Below are positions 12,270 to 25,961 of a DNA stretch of 64,000 nucleotides, piece by piece. The DNA is from Stegostoma tigrinum (Eukaryota). The notes under the pieces are model-generated. The model had not been told where the DNA came from. It did not search any database and saw only the letters and a list, made by a program, of their open reading frames with translations. The stretch covers positions 18,217,861 through 18,281,860 of the forward strand of contig NC_081361.1 in the NCBI RefSeq assembly GCF_030684315.1. Reading direction: 5' to 3'. Within the stretch, counting starts at the first letter, position 1, and each line of letters opens with the position of its first letter. The position numbers and the translations under genes were made by a program.

Positions 12270-14105
12270 AATTCCACAGAGACCGGTATCCCATCACCAA
12301 GTCACCCCTTATTTACACAAGGAAAGCCCTTGACACTGCCAGCTCTCAGTGTGAACAGGACATATGATACTCCTGTTCTGATCTGTCAGCCAGCGCTCCC
12401 TGATTGAACCAAGTTAACAGTCCCAAACTCTGAGTTTCACCAGGCTGATCTAGTTACAGTCTCTAGATCCTTCTCCCACTGAGTCCAAGGACATAGGCTG
12501 TTTTGTTTTTTTTTGTAGCTCCTCCAGGGGTGTTTTAGTACTGGGTCAGGTTCCTCTAACTCTGCCTCTGATATGGGAGGTGTGTAACACACAGTAGATT
12601 GCCTGTTGTGCCTGGAGCATCTCGGAAGAAATTCATTCTCCTCTTCAGGTGGCAAAGGCACCGTGTCCTTCTTAGATCCTGAGGTATCTTCAATACTTGA
12701 CAGGGAAGGACAACCCACAGGTTCCGGAACAGTGGGAAAAGCATTCAAGAAACCGGGCACGTTTTGCTCCCGCACAGCTTGTGAGTTTGCCGCTTTCATG
12801 TGGTTCACGTGCTTGTTCAGAACAGTCACACACTATAATGTCAGAACAGTATGCTTCATTGGAGTGAATTTGCATCGACAGTGCCCCTTACCCATGTGGG
12901 GCCATTCCCATGGTTCCGATATCAAACTTCGTCCCCTGAAGTAAACCATCTCTCTCGCTCAGCGGAGTCTTTTGTATATAATGCCTCGTTAACATCATCA
13001 TTTTGGAAACCTCTGGATGACCCTGGTAGAATTCAACCAGTAATTGGTGGTGACCTTACTCAGGACAATCACACTTGCTCCCTATAATAATGTGAAACCC
13101 TCTACTGTGATCTGGTCTCCCCGAGCCCAAAAAGGTTTCTGTTCTGGTTGTGATAGCCCTTTGTTTTCCCCCATCACCATCAGCTGTTTCAATTTTTCCA
13201 GGACCAGATCTTCTGCGTCTAAAATCTGATAGTTACCTGTGACTTGAAGTGTGCCCGGAAAATGTAAAACCGTTATGGATTCTTCCAGCTCCTATTGCCA
13301 GCATATCTGTCAGTGGGATGTAGCTCAGTACATTTGCTACTTGGCTTCCCAGATGGTGTTCCAACTTTTAATTACGTGCACTTAGTATCAGAGCCCACTG
13401 CTGAATTTAGCCTGAAGCTACGGGTGGCACTGCCTTTTTAAATAGACCTAGCAGAGGTTTGTGCTCCATTATTATTACAGAGTTACATAGAACATAGAAA
13501 AGTACAGCACAGTACAGGCCCTTCAACCCACGATGTTGTGCCATGGAATAATCCTAATCCAAAAATAAAATAAAATAACCTACAATCCCCTCAATTCACT
13601 GCTGTCCATGTGCATGTGCGGCAGTCGCTTAAATGTCACTTTACATCCGTAAAGGTATTGGTGGAACTTCCTGACTCCAAATATGACCATTAAACCTCCC
13701 TTCTCCACCTGGGTGCATTTATACTTCACATTCACCAAAGTCCCAGATGCATATGCCAATAGGCTTTCTTCTCCATTGGGCTGCCTGTGAGCTAATATTA
13801 CCCTGATACCGTATGAGGTGGAATCACTTGTCAGTACCAAGTCTCGCTTGGGATTGTCATGTACCAACACCGAGAGGATGGTAACAATTTCTTTATTTCC
13901 CTGAAAGTTATGGTTTGACTACACAACCATTTCCAAGGCTGATCCATTTTTAAGAGATGATGCAAAGGAGCGAGGTTGGCAATCAGGATGCATAAGAACT
14001 TGCCATAATAGCTCACCAGCCCAAGAAAAAAGCCCTAAGCTCAGGTACAGATATGGGAATGGGAAATCATTGATCTCCGTCACCTTATCTTCCAACACCA
14101 CTTGC
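12270..14105 (-). mobile_element. Gypsy/Ty3 LTR retrotransposon fragment (RT end, RNase H, integrase tail, polypurine tract, 3' LTR about 12270-12467)
   Basis: SYYGKF...LAPLHHLLK; VHDNPKRDLVLTSDSTSYGIRVILAH...AYASGTL...QVEKGGLMVIFGVRKFHQYLYG; purine tract TGGGAGAAGGA on - at about 12467-12478. Confidence 0.88.
13483..13640 (-). mobile_element. Short CR1/L2-like LINE 3' tail inserted into the Gypsy RNase H region
   Basis: acatagaacatagaaaagtacagcacagtacaggcccttc tail interrupts ...HQYLYGCK / ..IIMEHKPLLGLF. Confidence 0.7.
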
Positions 14106-14149
14106 ATCGATAGCCATCTTGAATGGCTTTGTGTATTTGGGTGTGGCTA

Positions 14150-15200
14150 ATGCTGGGGCAGTGGTTAATACTGCCGTCAAGCTGTCAGATGCCATCTGAC
14201 AGTCCTCCATCCACTGAAAATTTCTTGCACTTCTTCCATAAGTTGGTCAATGTAGCAAGTGCACAGATAAAATTCCACGTAAAACTTCCAATAAAAAAAA
14301 ACACTCAATCTGAAGATTTGTAGAACGGGCCTCTTCATCCAGGGAATGGAACTCCCCAGTAAACTTTATTTTCACATCCCATGGGCTATCTGTCCATGTA
14401 CAATGACATGGCCCAGGAATGCGAGTTGGGCTTTTGCGAACTCACTCTTATCAAGCTTCAACATCAAGCCCGCCTCCCAAAATCGATTGAACAATTCCAA
14501 AAGACACTGCACATGTTCCTTTCATGTGTAATAATCATCAGGTCATCAATGTCCAGAAATGACTTTATTGTTTAGTCATTGAAATGTAGTTGGTCCACTT
14601 TTCATACCAAATTACATAACTTTAAACTGGTACAGCTCATTTGTTATCATGAAAGCTGAAATTGCCTTCACTGTTTTGGATAAAGGTAACTGCCAGTATC
14701 CTTTGAGTAAGTCCAACTTCAAAATATAAGTTGCTTGTCCTACCTTCTCACTATGGTCTTCCAAACATGTTATGGGATATGAATCAGATTGTATTACTGC
14801 ATGGACTTTGTGATCGTCTGCACAAAATCACTGGATACCGTCTGGTTTTGGTCATTTGCTGTGACTCACTTTGATTATATTGTTTTTGAACATGCGTTTA
14901 GTCTGTTTGTGAATGTGTGCCAACATTATAAGGTTAAGACAATGTTGCTTAATCAGAATAACATTTCCTGTATCTATATCATGTGTAATTAGATTAGCAA
15001 TTACCATCTTATTCCCACATATCATTTTGACTTTCCTCTGGAAAGTAGCGCAATGATTTCTCCCATTTTTTGAGAACTTCCTCATTGTTCACTTTAATCT
15101 GACAAATGTCGAACTCAGAATCATCTGAACTTGGGTCTTCACTCTGTGTTGTAACCAGTAACACATTCTCCTTTTCCTTTTATTCTTTTGGACAAAACAT
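14150..15200 (-). mobile_element. Second Gypsy-family fragment (reverse transcriptase core)
   Basis: Minus-strand translation SDSYPITCLEDHSEKVGQATYILKLDLLKGYWQLPL...LYQFKVM*FGMKSGPTTFQ, then IDDLMI (YxDD region) near 14540. Confidence 0.8.
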
Positions 15201-16119
15201 ACCTCTTAAAGCCACAGTTTAGTCACAAAAATGGATGCACAATTAAGCCATTCAGCCCCTTGTGTTTGCTGTACCTTTCAAAATTATTAAGTCTGATCAT
15301 CCAACTAGGTACCCTGTTCCCTCATTCTTTCCATACGCTTTGGTCCGATGAACTATAACTTTGACAGAGAATTCTAAAACGGTCAGCGCTCTCAATCCAA
15401 AATGCTCTAACTAGTATCCTTAGACCATGACCCCTGCTTCTGGACTCCCTGGCCATCGAGAACATCCTCCCTGGTTATCTAATTCTGGACTTCAGCACTG
15501 ACTTGTGCTGGCTTGTGATCTTCACCTGGGCCATATCAGGGTAGGGCTGGTTTCAGTATTGCCACACTTTGACAGTGCAAAATTAACCTGTTGCTGATAG
15601 CCAGCTGGCTACCTTGCCCTAGAGTAGTTGACAATGTTGGATAAGGAAGAAATAGGACTCAGAGCTCACTGTTCATGTTCAAAAGGGAAGGATGACCTGT
15701 TGAGCAGAGATATTAGAGGACTCTTTAATACTGGAACTAACATTGGCTCCCATAGAACAGACAGAAAATCAACAAAGGAGACCCAAAGTGCTGATTCAAT
15801 AAGTGTTGTTTCCAGGAAGCGAAGGGCTGGAAGTCTCCGTCAGTAATGGTGAGATGCAGACTGCACAGTTGTGCTAGTCACACTTTCCAAATTCAAACAG
15901 CCCATTGGATGAAGAAGTTTTTCTCTTTTTTTTAAATCAACCTGTTCAGACATGTTATGACACACCCCTGGAGCTGATGGGACTGGAACTTGGGTCTCCT
16001 GATCCACAGTTAGGGACATCAATACTGTACTGTAAGAACCTTGTTTTGCATATCATACAGAATTGATGTAGTTTATAGCCCTGGGGATGTAAATGCCAAG
16101 TCATTTGTCAGAGTATTAC

Positions 16120-16530
16120 TGCATCGTATGCTCAGCCTTGAGTTGGAAGATTGCGGGTTCAAGCCCTACCCTAGGGACTAAAATAGATAAATTGGTGTTG
16201 CCACAACAGGGTTATCCCAGTAGAGTTGTGCACATCAGACATGGATGAGGCACCAAACTAAAGCCACTTCTGCTCTCTCAAGTGTAGTAAATTTTGAATT
16301 AAAGTGAGGAAATTATGCCTGGTGTCCTAGCCAATATTTGTCGCTCAATCAATCTCAGAAGGGCAGATGATCTGGTCTCATTGCTTTGCTGCTTTTCTCA
16401 TGGTGCACAAATTAGATATCATATTTCCTCCATGTGACTACTTGTTAAAAAGCACTTTAGTTGTTGTACAGTGCATCTCTGATTGCAAATTCGCTTTGTC
16501 ACAACGTGCATGTATAATGTGGTATTATTT
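16120..16530 (+). mobile_element. Decayed DeuSINE-like (SacSINE1/AmnSINE-type) SINE
   Basis: tRNA-like head (gggttcaagccc) and Deu-domain-like ctggtgtcctagccaatattt...atctggtctcattgc...gtgcacaaatt. A related remnant lies at about 43600-43700. Confidence 0.5.
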
Positions 16531-17609
16531 CTCCACTTTGCTGTTCATTCTTCACTGTGCTCATTTTCTGCCTGAAAGGAAACACACCTTTCCAACTTCC
16601 ACCAAAGCAGAATGACAGAAGGTTAAGTGTTGTAATGTTTCACTTTATACTAACATCTGAATCAAACTGAAATAGCATTCAATGCAAATTTAAAATGAAT
16701 TGAACTAGTTTTCCAGTATAAAACGATTTGTGTTCTTCACCAAATGAATACATGCAAATATTTCAAAAGATTTCATTGTGTGAAGCACCAGCAAGCAGTA
16801 GAATTTGTTTTGATCTTTTTATCTTGTCTAAAGAATAGGCAGAGGAAAAGAGCAGTGCAAAAAGACCGCATTCAGTTAGAGAATGAGGAGAGGAGTACAA
16901 AGTGGATCATTGATGAACAGCAGGAAAATTAATCTCCAGGTTAGGATAGGCGTGTCGTAGAACATACTAAAACAATGGAACTGGAGAAGCTACTGTGGGA
17001 TATTGTCATCTGAATGTTTTATAAACTTGTTAAAGTCAGATCCGCCATGACCTTATCAAATGGTGGAGCAGGCTCAAAGGACTGAGTGGTCTGCTGTCAT
17101 TCTTTGTTCACACCTTTGTAAATGAATTAGTTAGTTACTTGAGCAGAGATATTTATACACATTTTAAACTTTAACATGTGCATATGCTAACATTTCTGTC
17201 TGTGATTCCCAGGCTTTGATAGTATGTGGTTGACAGTGGTCCCCAGGAGTCCTGCACCTATGTCAAAGATCTGGAAATGGATGTTTAGGATACTCTGAGA
17301 TTACACTAGGATGGTACATAAATGCACAACCTTTCTACTTGCCTTTCTGACAGGGTAGGGGGAGCTTTACCATCTATCAAACCTGTGTCTCACCATGTGA
17401 CTTCAGTTTGGTCTTCTTTGTTGCATTATTGTACGGAGTTTATTCTGTTAAGTCAGTAGCCTGGGCAGGTGCTTTACCCAAAGTTTAGGAGGGTTTTACT
17501 GACTTTGGTGAATTTCTGTGTCCGAGGAGATTGATTCATTGCAGTCAGTAATGGAAAATACAGCCGATTAAAGATAATTTTGTTAATTACTTATTGCATC
17601 TTTTAACAG

Positions 17610-17883
17610 GGAAGATTATATGATGTTCTATGAACCTCGGGATTTAAAAGCCTTTTCAGTGGAGCCCCTGCTGATTTATCCGACGCACTACACTGGGGAA
17701 CCAGGCTATCTGAGTGATACCGAAACCTCTATAATCTGGGACAATGATGAAATACAAACGGACTGGAACCGCAACTTATCCAGAAAAACTAGGGAGCAGG
17801 GAGAGATTGGGGCCGAAGCCCAGAATACAGAGGCACTACAACCTCAGACACCCATTGACACAACTTCTCGAGATGAACTATGA
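17610..17883 (+). CDS. COLGALT2: Procollagen galactosyltransferase 2, terminal coding exon ending in ER-retention signal RDEL
   Basis: Acceptor ttttaacag|G GAA GAT; RDLKAFSVEPLLIYPTHYTGEPGYLSDTETSIIWDN...TSRDEL, TGA at 17881-17883. RDLKAFS and PGYLSDTETS match COLGALT2 rather than COLGALT1. Confidence 0.96.
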
Positions 17884-18769
17884 TGTGGTTCTGCACTCTT
17901 TGGCTCTGATCTGTGATCAGAACCAATGCATCTCTGTCAAACCGATGTGGTTTGGGAAAAAAAATGTCTGCTGGAAGGCAACTATAAAAATCTCTTGGGA
18001 TAATGTGACGTAGAATCAAGTGAAAGCTATTGTATCTCTTCATTGGGCTTCTGGCATCCTTTCAAAAGGCTGCAACTGATTTTGGTGATCAGGTATCAGT
18101 TACTATTGGATTATTTGGAATCGTGAAAATGGTTCCATTATTTCCATTTCCGTATCTCTTATGTTGGCTTTCACGTGTTATATATATTCCCCCACTACTT
18201 TGTGAAAGAGCCAATGGGTGTGGGATCTCATTAGTGCTGTCCAACCCAGCTTCTGCCACTGTGCAACTTCATGCTCATATCTGCCTCTCAAAAGATCTGA
18301 ATCTATGGTCACATCCCAGTGTAGGAACTGAGCAGGGCTCATAATGGAATGACTAACTCTTTAATTGCTGCAAACTCAATGCGAGCTAGATTTTCAAACT
18401 GCTGTTATCACAAGGATGTTTTTGGTGCCACATTCAGTATTCAGAATAACACTAATATTTCTGCTAGTCCAGAATTTCTCTAAGTGGCACTACATTTCCC
18501 AATTTTGTTCTTTAAATAATAGTGTGTTGTGTGTATGTGCATAAGGTTTGTTTCTATTTATTTCAGTTCTTCACTGGCTTGCGATTCGTGCTGTATAGGA
18601 TCAAAAGCAAAGTTATGCCATTTTTCTCTCTCTACAAGGGCACTGTTGCTGGTTTTCCTCTGAGACCAGTGCAAAACTCTACAAGTTCATTGTAAGCCCT
18701 ACACTTTACTGTCAAGTTTCACCCCTGCAAGCTGGTACAACATACAAATCTGAAAATGAAGAAAAAATA

Positions 18770-19200
18770 TTTTTTTAAGACTTCAGTTGTGTACTCATCA
18801 GGACACTGTCAAGAATTCCAGTGTAAAGGGAGAAAACATTCACATTGTAGGTGCAATGAATGCTGATTGGAAAAAGGATGGAGAGTTAACCAGTTGATGA
18901 TTGGCAGTGAACTGCCAGACTTTGTTGTGGCTTGTCTTGAGTCAACAAAAATCTGGTAATTGCCATTCTCTGATTCATTTGGCAGGGCAATGCCTTGTCT
19001 AATCAGTTAACCTTCAAATTTAAAATTTATCAAAGTTTAGCAGTCAACTGTCCATCATCATCTAACTAGTCCATTTTGCATTGGTAACATGCCCATCAAT
19101 CATAATGCACCTTTCAACCCATCAGAACTCTTTTTCTGTGCATTATTCTTGCAACTGTCCTGATGAATGCCAGGCAAAAAAACTTCAAAAAACATGTCCT
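18770..19200. repeat. About 430-bp fold-back (MITE-like) element with hammerhead-like terminal motifs, in the presumed COLGALT2 3' UTR
   Basis: Left end (reverse complement) attcttgacagtgtcCTGATGAgtacacaactgaag versus right end attcttgcaactgtcCTGATGAatgccaggcaaaa; inner arms 18883-18925 and 19030-19070 are also complementary. Confidence 0.65.
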
Positions 19201-19596
19201 ATTTTAAAGCAATACCCAAGTTCTGTGTTTCCAAACAACTGTTTGAATATGGAAAGTCTTTGGTAATGAAGTATCCAACATGTTGCTGATAGGATTAAAA
19301 TGGAAGCTAATTTTAGAGCTTGGAATGGTTTAAGCCCCTGACACGTCCATTCTGTTCATGCAGATCTACTTTGAATATTGTATCAGTCTGGCTGTTGTAT
19401 GTTAACTTTGGAAAGTTGATCACTTCTATTACTGCTTTTGAATAAATTGCTTAAACTGTGGAGAACACATTCTATTCCATTCACAAAACTATGACATTTT
19501 GTGAAATCTGGAGATGCGCACAGTGCAAATAGAAATCCCATTTGATGCTGCCTGGATAAGACTAGTAAACTTAAATTTTTGAGAAATGACAGATCT

Positions 19597-19920
19597 CAGG
19601 GGCAGCACGGTGGCTCAGTGGTTAGCACTGCAGCCTCACAGCACCAGGGACCCGGGTTCAATTGCAGCCTCGGGTGACTGTCTGTGTGGAGTTTGCACAT
19701 TCTCCCCGTGTCTGCGTGGGTTTCCTCTGGGTGCTTCGGTTTCCTCCTACAATCCAAAGATGTGCAGGCTAGGTGGATTGGCCATGCTAAAATTGCCCAT
19801 AGCATTCAGGGGTGTGTGGGTTAAAGGGGGATGGATCTGAGTGGGATGCTTCAAGGGGTGGTGTGGACTTGTTGGGCCGAAGGGCCTGTTTCCACATGGT
19901 AGGGAATCTAATCTAATCTT
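19597..19920 (+). mobile_element. tRNA-derived V-SINE (HE1-like)
   Basis: A-box tggctcagtgg, B-box ggttcaattgc, core gtctgtgtggagtttgcacattctccccgtgtctgcgtgggtttcc, (AATCT)n tail. Confidence 0.9.
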
Positions 19921-20620
19921 AACTCTCTTACTGTTATCCAATGTTTTGACTTTCAACTTGCATCTACCTTCAAATTCTTCATGGCCTTGATCGATGCTCT
20001 GTCTTGTACCCTCCATATACGCATTTCGTGCGTTGGTTCCCTGATTGCTGTATGTCTTCCTTTCGTCCATGTTTATGACAGATTCCCCATGAATTGGCTG
20101 TACTTTTATGATAAACTTACTCAGATGCCCTCTGGCACACATTCTGTCTCTTTGTAAGCCTGCTTAAAAACTCCGTTTCACACTTTCTGGTGATCATTCC
20201 GAACTTTTCTCGTACATGACAGCAATTTTCTCCTGTTTGTCATTCGGTACATCCTTCTCCTGTTAATGTGCCTCATAAATGTGAATATTTAATGTTCACT
20301 TTAGCAGATTTAATTGATGCTAAGTGGAATGTATCTGCCAAACCTCGAGTAAAACTGAAGCAGGAAATAGCTTCAAACAGTGTGCACGTCTGACACCAAA
20401 CATTGCAGCTGTTTGTAGAAATTGCGGTAGTTTCTGTACATTTTTATTGAACTCAGTGCAAGTCATGGTTCTGAATTTCACAGTCAGGTCAAGAGTGTTT
20501 TTGTTGAACTTTATCAATCTTGAACAGTTTGCCTCCCCATGTTCTTGAATTTTGGAACCAAATTTACATGAATGGGTTTGGGTTCTATCAGCCCTGAAGG
20601 GAGAGGCTGAAAGGCGGTTA

Positions 20621-20686
20621 GGTAGGTAGTAGAGTGTAAATTGACAAGGGAAGGGTAGGTAGTAGAGTGTAAATTGACAAGGGAAG
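20621..20686. repeat. Perfect 33-bp tandem duplication
   Basis: ggtaggtagtagagtgtaaattgacaagggaag x2 (20621-20653, 20654-20686). Confidence 0.95.
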
Positions 20687-21259
20687 GAAGGTGTTGCAGT
20701 GCCTCTCCTACTTACATCTCCGTAGTTTTTTATTGATCTCAACATAAGGAATGGGTGGCCACTCAGGTGGCCAGTGTCAAGTCTGTTCTCACCAACACTG
20801 GCATTTTACCAGCAGTAGGTGGGCCCTCCATTGTGTGGGAGATCACGTCCTGAATCCTAGAGGCATGCCTGCAGACTCAGGATGTCCATCCTAAACAAGT
20901 ATTGTATGGCTCATGACAAGGTGTCCCATGTGCATCCTGGAATAGTCTTCTGCCCACAGTGGCAATCATTACTGGAACTGGAAACAAAGTGTTGCCAGGG
21001 CCAGGTTGGCAGGTCCTACTGAGGTCACTAATGAGTCACTAAGGTCTCCAATTGGCGCATGGACAGTGGGTTAATCCAGCTACCTCACAGGCTATTTTGT
21101 GAATACTGCCATTTCATTGCTATCAAGCAAATATTGAAGACTGGCCAATTGCTTAAATTGTTTAAATTCAGCGCTGTACACTTGAGATTTTTTTGTGAAA
21201 AACTTTATAGTTCTTCCAGATGTTGTTAATACTCCATTTGTGTCATATAATGGTGATTT

Positions 21260-22130
21260 TCTACATAGGATTACAGAGGATGGACAGAACAGAAACAGAC
21301 TATTTGAAACAATTAGCCCATGCCAATGGCTATGTTCCACTCAAGTTGTTTTGCATCTTCCCTCATCTGATTTGACCATTGTAATTCTCTGTTCCCTTCC
21401 CTTCCGTATGCTTGCCGAGTTACCTTAAAATACATCTCAGCTATTCACTTCAACCATTCCATGTAGTCACTTCAACCATTCCACTCTTTCAGTGAAGAGG
21501 ATTTTTCTGAATTCCTGTTTCAGTTTCTTGGGGATTGTCTTACATTGACAGCCTCTAGTGATGCTGTACCCCATTGTGGAAATGTGTCTGCTCTTATCAA
21601 AATCTTCCATAATTTTACAGCCCTCTGCATTCTTTTCAACAGAGCAGTGAACAGCATGTCAATTCTTCCCTAATATACACACCCGTAAATTTGTGTATCA
21701 TTCTTGAAAATCTTCTCTTCACCCTCTCCTGTGATTCTGTGTCCTTTCTACAACATGGCAACTGGAACTGCAGGCAATACTCTTCTTTATCATCCAAACA
21801 ATTTTTTATGGGAACTCAGCAAGACATCCCAGTTCCAAATCTGTCTGTTTCGAGATAAAGCTTAGAGCTTTTTTTGTGTTCTTCACAACTTGTGGTGAAA
21901 TTTTTAGTGACTGATGTAATTATCTGAGATTGCTTTGTTTGTCTCCGTCATTTAGACATTCATCTTCTAAGTAAGAAGCAACCTCCCCATTATTCCTATC
22001 ACCTTACGTTTATCTTGTGTTGAACTTCATTTGCCAATTATTTGCCCATTTCTGTAATGACCTCCTGTAACTTCTTGCAGTCCTCCTCAGAGTTGACTAT
22101 CTTACTACATTCCCCTTCCAATTTGATGTC
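21260..22130 (-). mobile_element. Old CR1/L2-like LINE 3' fragment
   Basis: cataggattacagaggatggacagaacagaaacagac tail followed by decayed ORF2-like sequence. Confidence 0.55.
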
Positions 22131-25100
22131 ATTGAATTGCTAAATATTTTTCATTTGTAATAATGAGAGAGTGTTTGATTTGCAGTTTTACTTTATTTTG
22201 TTTTGAATTTTTGGGTTGAATACTTGGAGAGGTGCAGTAATCCACATGGTAACTGTAACAGCTTAGCATAGAATGACAGATTGATGAAAATTATTCCAGA
22301 CACAGAGGACTAATTAATAGGCTGCATTGATTGCAAGATCAAAACAGGTAATTAATTTTTACATGAATCATATGGTGAGATTGTTCTTGAAGCAGTTATT
22401 CTTACCGTTTATTTACCCAAGTCTTTCTGTGCTACTGGTGTCAAATTGAAAATGCACCCATCCCCCATTTAAAGCCAACTGATATTTTAAAGAAAGACCG
22501 CATTTGTATAAAATTCAGCATGATTTATGAGTGCCTCCCTCTAGAATTACACATCTTCACAGCCACATGCTGTACGTAATGTGGAAATAACATTGCTTTC
22601 TGTGTGTATGTATTATTTATAAATTTAATAATTTATTCACCGTGCCAGAAATTATTTCATAGTTCAATACTTGAATAGTTTGCTGTTAAATACAGAAGTG
22701 CGGCCCATGGCAGGTCTCCAGTTAGGTGGCTTAACAACGGACAACAAACAATGAGCACAAACATCTTTTTTAGGTAATACACAATTCAAATAATAATGAG
22801 AAATATCATGAAAATGTCACAATTTGAGAAAGTTACACACTTGCATCATTTCAATAGAACATTGAAAACAGCAACTTCAGCCTACCTGAGTTAAATCATT
22901 CCTGATCTGTGACTCCATTTAACTGTCTGCAATCCACATCCTGTGATATCTTTCTAGACCCAAAATCAATCATCTTTAAGCTTTGAAAGTTTTGCTTGTC
23001 CCAACAGCTGCTGTATTTTCGGGGGAGAGGATTCCGATTTCCATTACTGTATGTGGAAAATGTTCATCCTGACTTCACCCCTGCCTTTCTTTGCATTTCA
23101 GATTGTGTCCCACCGTTCTAGATGTTGCCAGTCCAGGAGATAGATGAAAGACAGATATCAGATCCTTGTCTCTGATCATTTATATCTGAGCAATAATGAC
23201 AGCAACATCTGACTTATCCAGCATTCTCCCAACTTTTTCAAGAATTTTTGACTCTTTCTTTTAAATGCCACCAGTTTATCCAACCACAGACAGTAATTCT
23301 AATCCTAACCCTAATCAAACCACGAGCATCAATCCTGCTCAGAATCTTGTTTATTAGTTTTCCCATCATGGAAAAGTCCCATTACTCCCATCTGTGCCTA
23401 GACTGTACCAGATAATACACATCTCCCGTCCTATTTGCACTGCCAAACTACATATCATTTTGAAAGTGTAGCACGTACTTTCTCCCCTAAAGCATAATTC
23501 TACAAGAGAGAACTTTATTCCATTTGTGGCAGTAGGAAATGTGCCAACGTTTGATTATAATGTTACTTTGCACCTTCATTGTGAAACTCAGTGATGACAT
23601 GCTCTGGGCACCAAGGCTGACTTTCTGCCCTATCAGACCATTTACATTTAAATGATGCAGGTCTGTTGCGGAGATGAGATGTGAAGTTCATCCGGCTGCT
23701 GGACTACATGCATCACAGCCCTAAACATCTCAAGTCAGTTACATAGCCTCTCAAACCCTTCCAGATTCCTCCAAAGAATTCTGTGCTGATTACTTTGTCA
23801 TTTGGGAATGTACACACTGCAGTGATACAATGAAAACAGGCAAATCTCTGTTTCAGATACAAGAAACCATCTTCATCAGGTCATTGCCATTGTCTGGTAT
23901 TTGCAAGATTGGAGTTGGTCATTGTGGGCACCAGATCCCTTATTGCAAATGATTTGTTATCCCAAAAGGTAATTGTGTTAATTGGGAAAAGGTCTTTCAG
24001 TTCATATTTTCATTTTGCTTTGGATAATAGTCCAATCCATTCAGGAGGGGTAATTGTTCTGCTGTGCTCCTGTAGATTTGATGGGGAAACTGGATGGTTA
24101 CATTCTATGAATGTTCTAACCGAAGGCAAGTTCTTGGTTTACTGTCTGCTGACCCTATACCATGCGTACTTTCCTTGTCAATGTTTGGTATTGGTTTTCC
24201 ATTATCTCCCACCCTCAGGTAGAGCAAGGAGGTAAGCCCGCTCCAGCTGGAGATAGGAATTAGACCTGCTCTGTGAGCACTGTTCTGAACCATGTACTAG
24301 CTGACTGAGGCACCCAGTCTCTCACCATATTTATATTAGTCTACCTGAAATATGAACATAACGTTTGTAAAGTGTCTTTGACCTGATAATGCAACAAAAT
24401 TTGACACTACACCACATAAAAAATGTTCCATAAAATAGAGCTCGTGGTAAGTTTAGCTCTGTAACTTAAGGATGCTGAAAGCACTGGCAGCTGTTTTACA
24501 TCTCTCCAGTTTCTGTTTTAGGTAAATATTAGGTGAGATGTTGGATAAACTGCCAACTCACCATTTTACTCTCACACACATATCCCCACACAGACTGCAA
24601 AGGACTTCTTAAGTGATGCTGAGGAGGGGGTGGACTTCTAATGGTTCCTGTACCAGTCACTTGTGTTTGGTGCTTTAAAAATAATAACGGATGGGAGTTT
24701 AATAGATTTTGCAGTATCTCTGCTAATTATAGTATTGTCTTTTCTAAAATGAAATAACTGCACAAAGAATACTTGATAATAGTGGCTTACCAGACCCTGA
24801 ATAGATTACAATGAATTGTGTATGAGCACAAAATGCTAAAATGTACTGAACTAATTTCCAGGGTTTTCATTATGTTTCACAGAAAACTGAGTTGATCATG
24901 CTACCCCTTAGGTGTGAAGTAAAAAAGGGTTATTGTAGAATACTGTTCGAGGGGGATGAAAATATCAGGTATGAAGAGAATCATATCAAATAATTTAAAG
25001 CATCTGGATATTGAACATTGAAACCTTTACGCTTTTTTAATTGTGACTCGTGAAAGTAAGAACATTCCAAAGGTGCAGGCATCAGAGTTTGTGAAATTAA

Positions 25101-25961
25101 ACAGTTTTAGTCATTATTTAGCATAAATGACATGATAATTTTACCATTTCTGTCTGCAGTTGGTAACATGTCCACCTGGGAAGATAACTGAATACAAGAG
25201 CAAACTTTCAAATGCTGTATTTTCAGGCAGCCCTGAGTAATTGCTGCTTTAGTTTTCTGTATTCAGTATATTAGCTGCGTTTTGTCTTTAAATTTTCAAA
25301 TGCTGTTTAAATGGGTGTTCTCAGAGTCTTTTTGTCGCGGAGAACATGTTATCTACCTCTTTCATTCCCAACTTGCAATTTCCTCATTCTTGCTTAAATT
25401 GTACACTGTAGAGCAGTCAAACTGATGCATTTTTAAATATTAAACTATTAATATATTGTGCTACATTTTCACTGATTAATTTATAAAAGCACATTTACCT
25501 GTATGAATGAAGCAATTTTAAGTTATTTTAGGTTAAGCTGTAAATACAAAAAATTGTCCATGTAAAGTCAATGAGTACTTAGTTCCATTGTTCTGAACAC
25601 TGGGATGCCCTTACTTTTGTGTGCCATCTTTTCACTGTTTCTGAAAGATAAACAGAGCTTTGGGTTTCTGTCTGATACGGTTAAGATATATATTAAGGAT
25701 AAATTTAAGAGCGACAATTATCCTCATGCTCAGCTAAGGTGCTATCTCAACTTTTCGAAATCTTGCTGCATGTTTTCTAAATCCTGTTTAACATTTTCTG
25801 TGGAAATGGAATGGTCATTGTTTTTGCAGTGCATTTTCTTTGTTATTTTATTTCACTGTATTAACTTTCTTTTTCAAATCTTGTGTTTCTTAAAATACAA
25901 ATGCACACACACAACACACTCAAACTGCAATCCTGCATCATGATTGTCACTGGATAAATTA

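Noticed and set aside
10080-17883. COLGALT1 or CERCAM identity for the glycosyltransferase exons
   Set aside because: Diagnostic residues (PFGKM, MYNKHPV, RDLKAFS, PGYLSDTETS) and linkage to APOBEC4 favour COLGALT2.
19597-19680. tRNA-like sequence with A and B boxes (also at 27541 and 53288)
   Set aside because: Heads of HE1-like SINEs continuing into SINE core and tail; not tRNA genes.
20320-20745. 141-aa ORF with an internal peptide repeat
   Set aside because: The repeat is explained by the 33-bp DNA duplication; no coding signature.
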